Assembly (NCBI GenBank): GCA_032718475.1
Contig: JAUCBJ010001840.1
Span: forward strand, 38,302 to 102,301
Direction: 5' to 3'
Source: Nemertoderma westbladi
Lineage: Eukaryota; Animalia; Xenacoelomorpha
Length of the DNA: 64,000 nt
Shown here piece after piece: positions 59,466-64,000 of this stretch. The notes beneath the pieces were generated by a model that searched no databases, was not told where the DNA came from, and saw only the letters and a list, made by a program, of their open reading frames with translations. Every line of letters begins with the position of its first letter. Within the stretch, counting starts at the first letter, position 1. A program made the position numbers and the translations under genes.

Positions 59466-60376
59466 GGCACAAGTCTACATTACCGCCTTGATGTGATATG
59501 GACAAATACACTATAAATGATATATTGAATTATCTCAAGGAATCAAGAATAGACACATCACAGAAATGATCGATATAATGGGTGAAGACACCTTCAAAAT
59601 AAGAGTAGAGTCATTAGTTTTTGAGTTATTTTACAAAATGTCAAGACTATATCCACCAATTACTACTTGATATTGAGTTGACCCATTCCACACATTTTGT
59701 ACAAAAACTATAGTGAATTAATCACTACTCTTTAATAATGAAGGTCTCTGTATACACTAAATCAATTTGTTGCAGTGATGTGTCTATTTTTGATGCCTTA
59801 AGATAATTAGAAGTAGCATTTTTGTGTATTTGTCTATAAATCATCAAGGTGTAGTAATGTTGACTTGTGCCGTACTTAACATTTTCTGTAATATCTCAAG
59901 AACTATTCGCTCTATGCTTATCTATCTGATGGTGTCTACCCCCACTAAATCGGTCATTGCGGTTCTAATGAGCATAATAATAATGCCGTAAGAGAAATAA
60001 AAGTTGTCCATCACCAAAATTGAGAATAATCATCACTTGCGCCAAAGAGTAAGTTCTGGTCATGTGCCTGTGGCACTACTTCCCTTAATCCAAAAATTAA
60101 AATTTTGGTATCTAACTAAGTTTGGACCCATTTGATGACATTTGATGCATGCAGGAAGTTCTTTTTTGAGTCATTGATCTTTCATCAATGTGTTATATTG
60201 TTATAAATTTCATTATGGTGCATCGCAATGGCACAAAATTTCAACCCTCTTGGGATCCGTGAAGACATAGACGAAATTTAAAGAAATTTTTTTTGCCTTA
60301 TTTTTTTACCATTTGGCAACTTTTGTGCACCGGCAAAACAATGAAATCGAAAAAAAGTAAAAAACGCACCGCCCTA
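59466..60376 (+). mobile_element. Second copy of the long-TIR MITE (centre plus right arm)
   Basis: Internal imperfect palindrome GGCACAAGTC...GACTTGTGCC (59466-59871); ends GCACCGCCCTA. Confidence 0.78.
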
Positions 60377-60532
60377 CTGTAGGACCGTGTAAACAGCGAC
60401 TTAAATTTAGGACTGGATTTAAAGCACTGTCCCAAGTCGGGACCTAGTTATGAAAACCAGGGTTATTGTTTACTTATGATATTGTAATACGTTGTTCAGA
60501 AATGGAAAAAATGAGAGCGCGTCACCAGGGGT

Positions 60533-60594
60533 TGAACCAGCGCTATACGTACGTCTTTGCCTATTAGGCCTCTTCAGTAGCGCTAATAGGTTCA
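60533..60594 (-). ncRNA. Degenerate minimal type I hammerhead ribozyme-like motif
   Basis: Minus strand: TGAACC TATT AGCGCTA CTGAAGA GGCCTAATAGGC AAAGA CGTACGTA TAGCGCT GGTTCA. Stems and spacing are canonical, but CGAAA reads AAAGA. Confidence 0.6.
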
Positions 60595-60842
60595 GCCACA
60601 CTCCCCTGACATTCACCTTTCTATTTATTCCACTTCTACTGAACAGGCAGTCTTTAGTTGTCTTTAGACCGATATTTGAATGAGAAACAACTTTACATTT
60701 AATTATTTTTTGTTCTCTTTGTAACCCACATTTACTCTAAAAATATGCCGCACAGAAAGTATTATACTTGTACAGAATAGTTTAATTAAATGTACAACTT
60801 CCCATCACCATTTTGGGATTTCAACCGTTAGGATAGTTGAGT

Positions 60843-61041
60843 TTAGCATCCATAGTACAAATTTAACTGACGATGGTCTTCTTCAGTCGGTTCCTCATTC
60901 CTATCTATAAACGACCCATCTTTAGTGATCATAGTAGGAATAATTCCAGTTTCAGAAAACGCGAAACTATGGTAATGCATTATTGATTTTGTATCATATG
61001 GACTTCCCAACGAATCTATGTTCTTGATATTGAAATTGTGC
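60843..61041 (-). CDS. Host astacin-family (M12A) metalloprotease, terminal exon
   Basis: Acceptor TTTTTAG; DSLGSPYDTKSIMHY (Met-turn)..AFS..PT..D..QLNLYYGC-stop. Confidence 0.88.
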
Positions 61042-61379
61042 CTAAAAAGTATAATATTGTTAGTTACATATGTAAATATACAATTAAAATCCTTTATAAT
61101 TATCATAATTTATAATTTATCTTTATTTAATTTCCTTTATAAATTTCTTTATGATAGTAGTGAGATAAGTATCTCACTTTACCAGTTACAATGTCGTCGT
61201 TTGCATTTATTTATGTCCCTATCGATTTGTAACTCAGTAACTCGATAAGTTTATCCAGTTAGGTTCGGGTTGTAACAGTCGAAACTACGATTCCAAATTA
61301 AACAAATTTCGTATCATATGGTAAAACATATTAATAATTAATGACGAGATTTGATATCAAAATCGATGAAAATTTTACC

Positions 61380-62590
61380 AAAAAAAATTATATTTCACCA
61401 AATTAAATAATGTGACCGCCAAAAAAAATTATTTAACATCAAATAAAATAAAGTCACCCCAAATAACATTATATTCAAACACCAAAATAAAATTTTCAAC
61501 ACCAAAAACAATTATTCGACACCAAAATCAATTATTCACACCAAAATGAATGAGAAAACCCCCAAAATAAATATAAATTTTCCCAAAATAAATACAAATG
61601 AATAATTCTTTATGGGGATGAAAAATTATTTTTGGGGAATCAATAATTGTTTTTGGGGGGTGGATAATTGTTTTGGGGAATGAATAATTGTTTTTGGGGA
61701 ATGAATAATTGTTTTTGTGGGAATGAATAATTTTTTTTGGGGGCGTGAATAATTGTTTTGGTGAAATCAATAATTGTTTTTGGGGGAATGAATAATTGTT
61801 TTTGGGGGAATGAATAATTGTTTTTGGGGGAATGAATAATTTTTTTGTGGGAATGAATATTTTTTTTTTGGTGGGGGGGGGGGGGGGGATGAATAATTAT
61901 TTTTGGGGGATGAATAATTGTTTTTGGGGAATCAATAATTGTTTTTTGGGGTATGAATAATTATTTTTGGGGGATGAATAATTATTTTTGGGGGATGAAT
62001 AATTATTTTTGGGGATGAATAATTTTTTTTGGGGGATGAATAATTATTTTTTGGGGATGAATAATTATTTTTGGGGATGAATTATTTTTTTTGGGGGATG
62101 AATAATTATTTTTTGGGGATCAATAATTATTTTTGGGGATCAATAATTTTTTTTGGGGGATGAATAATTATTTTTGGGGGATGAATAATTTTTTTTGTGG
62201 GAATGAATATTTTTTTTGGGGGGGGGGGGGGGGGGGGGATGAATAATTATTTTTGGGGGATGAATAATTATTTTTGGGGGATGAATAATTGTTTTTGGGG
62301 AATCAATAATTGTTTTTTGGGGTATGAATAATTATTTTTGGGGGATGAATAATTATTTTTGGGGGATGAATAATTATTTTTGGGGATGAATAATTTTTTT
62401 TGGGGGATGAATAATTATTTTTTGGGGATGAATAATTATTTTTGGGGATGAATTATTTTTTTTGGGGGATGAATAATTATTTTTTGGGGATCAATAATTA
62501 TTTTTGGGGATCAATAATTTTTTTTGGGGGATGAATAATTATTTTTGGGGGATGAATAATTTTTTTTGGGGGATGAATAATTGTTTTTTT
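61380..62590. repeat. ~20-bp minisatellite (GAATAATTATTTTTGGGGGAT) with a degenerate inverted block
   Basis: Forward units at ~61600-62590 including a ~360-370-bp duplication; reverse-oriented degenerate units (e.g. ATTATTCACACCAAAA) at ~61380-61595. Confidence 0.9.
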
Positions 62591-62863
62591 AAGATTGTGT
62601 GAAGAATAATATCATAACAGCAGATACCAATATTCGTTTTAATGAACAGACTGCAGAATGTTAGTGCGGTATGACAGTACATAACACAGTAGTACAAACT
62701 GCTATATACTGACACGGTCTGACAATACACAACAATATGTATATATATAGTAACCTAGGGCCTAATACAGTGCGGTACTACAGTACATAACACAGTAGCA
62801 CAAACTGCTATATACTGACACGGCCTGACAATACACAGTAATTATGTATATACTGTATATAGT

Positions 62864-63428
62864 TGTGACGGGATCCCCGAGTTGGCGAGGGAATCCGCGT
62901 CGCCGTGTGCTAGTGTGACTGAAGACTTTGGGGCTGAAAGGCCAAAGGCCGGTAGAATAAATGTGTTAATGACTGAAAGTTGATATAATCTCAAATCTAT
63001 TAGTACCGGTAACACAGCACAATAATAGCAGAAATGGCGACGGTTGAAAAACCGTCTGACTTCTACACTCTACATAGCCAACTGAAGGCACAATCAATAA
63101 AGGTAACGGTTATATTATAATTACACATGGGATACATTGCTATCTACGTATGGCCTGGCAATTGGATGCGTTATGATTGATGGTAAATCGCCCTACCATT
63201 GGTTGATCTGTCTTTCCAGGCCAAACCACTTTTCCCCTTTGACCTCTATGCTAGCTTCCTCCCTGAGATGAGCTGGCATCTCTCCCTCTGGCTGACAATG
63301 TATATTGTCCCGGTGTGTCGGTATGTGATATTATATTGCTAATATCACATAGCCAATCGTGATTGGTAAATCGCGACTTTCCCCATTTTCCACTGGGTGG
63401 GTGGTGCAGCGAATTGGATCCGCTAACA
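62864..63428. mobile_element. Solo LTR with perfect TSD, inserted in a ~110-bp tandem repeat
   Basis: TGTGACGG...CGCTAACA; TSD ATAGT at 62859-62863 and 63429-63433; flanking repeat at ~62670-62863 resumes at 63434. Confidence 0.88.
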
Positions 63429-64000
63429 ATAGTAACCTACGGCCTAATACAGTACGGTACCACAACACTAAGTTTTAGTTACATGGTAGAGTGTAAAAGC
63501 TTTTGTGGGATAACTGATACGTTTGCCTATGCTGGCCAGTTCCCCCCAGGCGCTGGAATACTCTAAAAAAGGTTTTCTAACTGTATATATATTCCCCTCG
63601 CCCGCAAGGTACCTATACAGGTGTTTTAACGGACATAAAAATCATTCTGCTATATACGTGTTTTAGCGGACATGGTAAGACAAAAAACTTGTAATGCATC
63701 AACCACCTTTCACAGTTTAGCCGTGATGATTCATATTACGACATCTAGCAGCTGGTTGCTGACATGGAAACAGCCATTGGCCGCGTGGTTCTTTGTTTGG
63801 CTTGGGCCAATCAGGGCGGTTTTTCCTGTCGACGTGTAGCTTTTCTGCCGATCATAAGGAGAGTGTTCAGTCTTACTGTTTTTTCTTGTTACTTTGTTGT
63901 TATTGCTGTCTAAGCCAGAAACACCGGCATTTTTGGATAGATACTGCTGTACCGTAAACTGCTTGAATTATCGAAAGTATAAACTGTTACCTAACGAAAC

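Noticed and set aside
819-60376. One giant DNA transposon bounded by inverted TAGGG...CCCTA ends
   Set aside because: Flanks ATGACAAC and CTGTAGGA give no TSD, and the element centre is present in both copies, so these are two independent truncated MITEs.
60505-60605. tRNA gene
   Set aside because: Box-like motifs exist but there is no cloverleaf; pairing fits a hammerhead fold better.

Overview
AT-rich invertebrate-type eukaryotic DNA made almost entirely of nested repeats, with three host exons on the minus strand: a signal-peptide exon plus an antistasin-like exon at 29.2-30.1 kb, and an astacin terminal exon at 60.8-61.0 kb. There are four Bel/Pao LTR retrotransposons. Bel1 (~1.6-6.0 kb, -) is decayed and cut by a ~10.5 kb 73-bp satellite. 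Bel2 (8525-20635, -) is a young full-length copy inside that satellite, with TA...TA termini and TSD CAGGG. Bel3 (32556-44716, -, TSD GAAAA) is a young full-length copy inserted in the RT of the decayed Bel4 (+). Two things stand out. (1) Bel3, and probably Bel4, carry in the env position a divergent but homologous extra ORF encoding a WRN/EXD-type DEDDy 3'-5' exonuclease fused to Cys/His knuckles. (2) Neither full-length element has a tRNA primer-binding site next to its 5' LTR; both instead have 11-13 nt perfectly complementary to a site in their own LTR, which suggests self-priming. Also seen: a satellite unit that reads as the C-terminal motif of an L2/CR1 LINE ORF2, higher-order satellite repeats, a degenerate minimal hammerhead ribozyme just 3' of the astacin gene, and CRE, RTE/RTEX, CR1, Penelope, Gypsy, solo-LTR and MITE remnants. 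All family calls come from reading motifs by eye; no searches were run.
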